A stretch of 64,000 bases of DNA. Source: Asterias rubens. Its lineage: Eukaryota. Made by a program: the position numbers and the translations under genes. Below, in pieces: positions 62,809-64,000 of this stretch. The notes beneath the pieces were generated by a model. The model did no database searches. It saw nothing but the letters and a program-made list of their open reading frames with translations, and was not told the DNA's origin. Numbering within the stretch: position 1 is the first letter of the stretch; each line of letters starts with the position of its first letter. The stretch spans positions 1,674,001 to 1,738,000 of the forward strand of contig NC_047079.1 of assembly GCF_902459465.1 (NCBI RefSeq), read 5' to 3'.

Positions 62809-64000
62809 AAATATACAATTCGTGAAAGATACAATTACAAACAAGCAGATTACAAATAAGCATCTTCAAACAAGTTTTTAAGAGACCTAAAACAGCGAAA
62901 AGAACTAGCCTGGTGAATATGCACAAGAAGACTATTCCAACGAAATGAAGCAGCAGAATAAAATGATCTTTGACCATAAAAACTGAAAAAGCTCTTTTAG
63001 TTGTGGTAAGCAAAGAGCTTGGTTCTGAGAGAATATAAATTGAATGGTTTATGTAGCGTATGATTAAAACAATCACATGAATCTGTAAAGTTAGACTCAC
63101 AGTGCCGTAACATTCAATAGTTCTGGAGCCATCCCTGCTTGAAACATCAGCCTCAGCCAAACCTTCGGCTCCATTGGTCTGTTGATGGAGACGTCAGTCC
63201 CAAGAATGTCCATCACCACCTTTGGGCCCTCGGCAATTTGTGTCTCAAGCTGGGAATCTTTCAGATTATTTAGAATTAAAATAATATTATGGTTTGAGTT
63301 AAAGAAATATCATCAACTGCTACTCAAATAGTTAAAAAAAAGTGAACTGTGCCAGTTTGTGTCAAACTCCTGTCGGAAACACATAAAATTCTGCCACATT
63401 TGGATGTTATTTTGGTCAGCTTTCTACATCAAACTAAGTGCTTCTGACATCTCACAGCCCCCACCCCTACCCCAGAAATTTCCCCACGGTTTCCTTGGGG
63501 AAAGCGTTTGGCAAGGAGGAGGCGTGAAATGGTCTCTTATGGGTCCCCGTTGTGAGTAGAAAGTTCAGCGTCAGATTCAGGGGGTTGATGTAGGGTCATA
63601 TATCAGTCCTAGTTCTCAATCTGACAACCTCTCTAATAGAAATTAAGTTTTTTGCTTTAAAGACACTGGACGCTGTTGGTAATTGTCAAAGACTAGTCTT
63701 CACAGTTGGTGTATCTCAACATATGCAAAAAATAACAAACCTGTGAAAATTTGAGCCCAATCAGTCGTCGAAACTTATGAGATAAAAATGAAAGAAAGAA
63801 ATACCCTTGTCACACAAAGTTGTGTGTGTTTAGATGGTTGCTTTTCTAATGGCCAAAGGCTAAATTAGATTTGGGACGCAGATGTGCTTTATATTTCAGT
63901 ATTCCACTAGTGTGTGTGAAAATGAATTCATAAATACGTGTACCTCAGACAGTTTCGCTATTCCTATTGGTGGAGAGCGCGTCACGTTGGGGGTGTTTAA

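Overview
AT-rich, repeat-dense eukaryotic genomic DNA. The repeat style suggests a marine invertebrate, probably a sea star (inference). Most of the window is one large plus-strand gene with six phase-0 coding exons: 11311-11610, 28429-28509, 30015-30092, 42303-42449, 50900-51124 and 60422-60733. They encode an N-terminal PTB/PID domain closely resembling SH2D5; the gene probably continues past the window. Upstream on the minus strand is an intronless signal-peptide + C-type lectin + PAN/Apple gene (6870-6127) interrupted only by two in-frame TGA codons. The rest is MITEs, tRNA-derived SINEs, Penelope-like fragments with hammerhead-like motifs, and tandem repeats. Nearly all entries in the ORF track are spurious. 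Three observations stand out. (1) A degenerate tandem array starts inside exon 5 and repeats the exon end, the splice donor and a CTCF-like motif nine times in one orientation. (2) Two otherwise unrelated non-coding elements share a covarying GAA-triloop hairpin and an internal inverted copy of their own joined ends, a layout like that of tyrosine-recombinase elements. (3) Three antisense minimal hammerhead-like motifs lie in introns.
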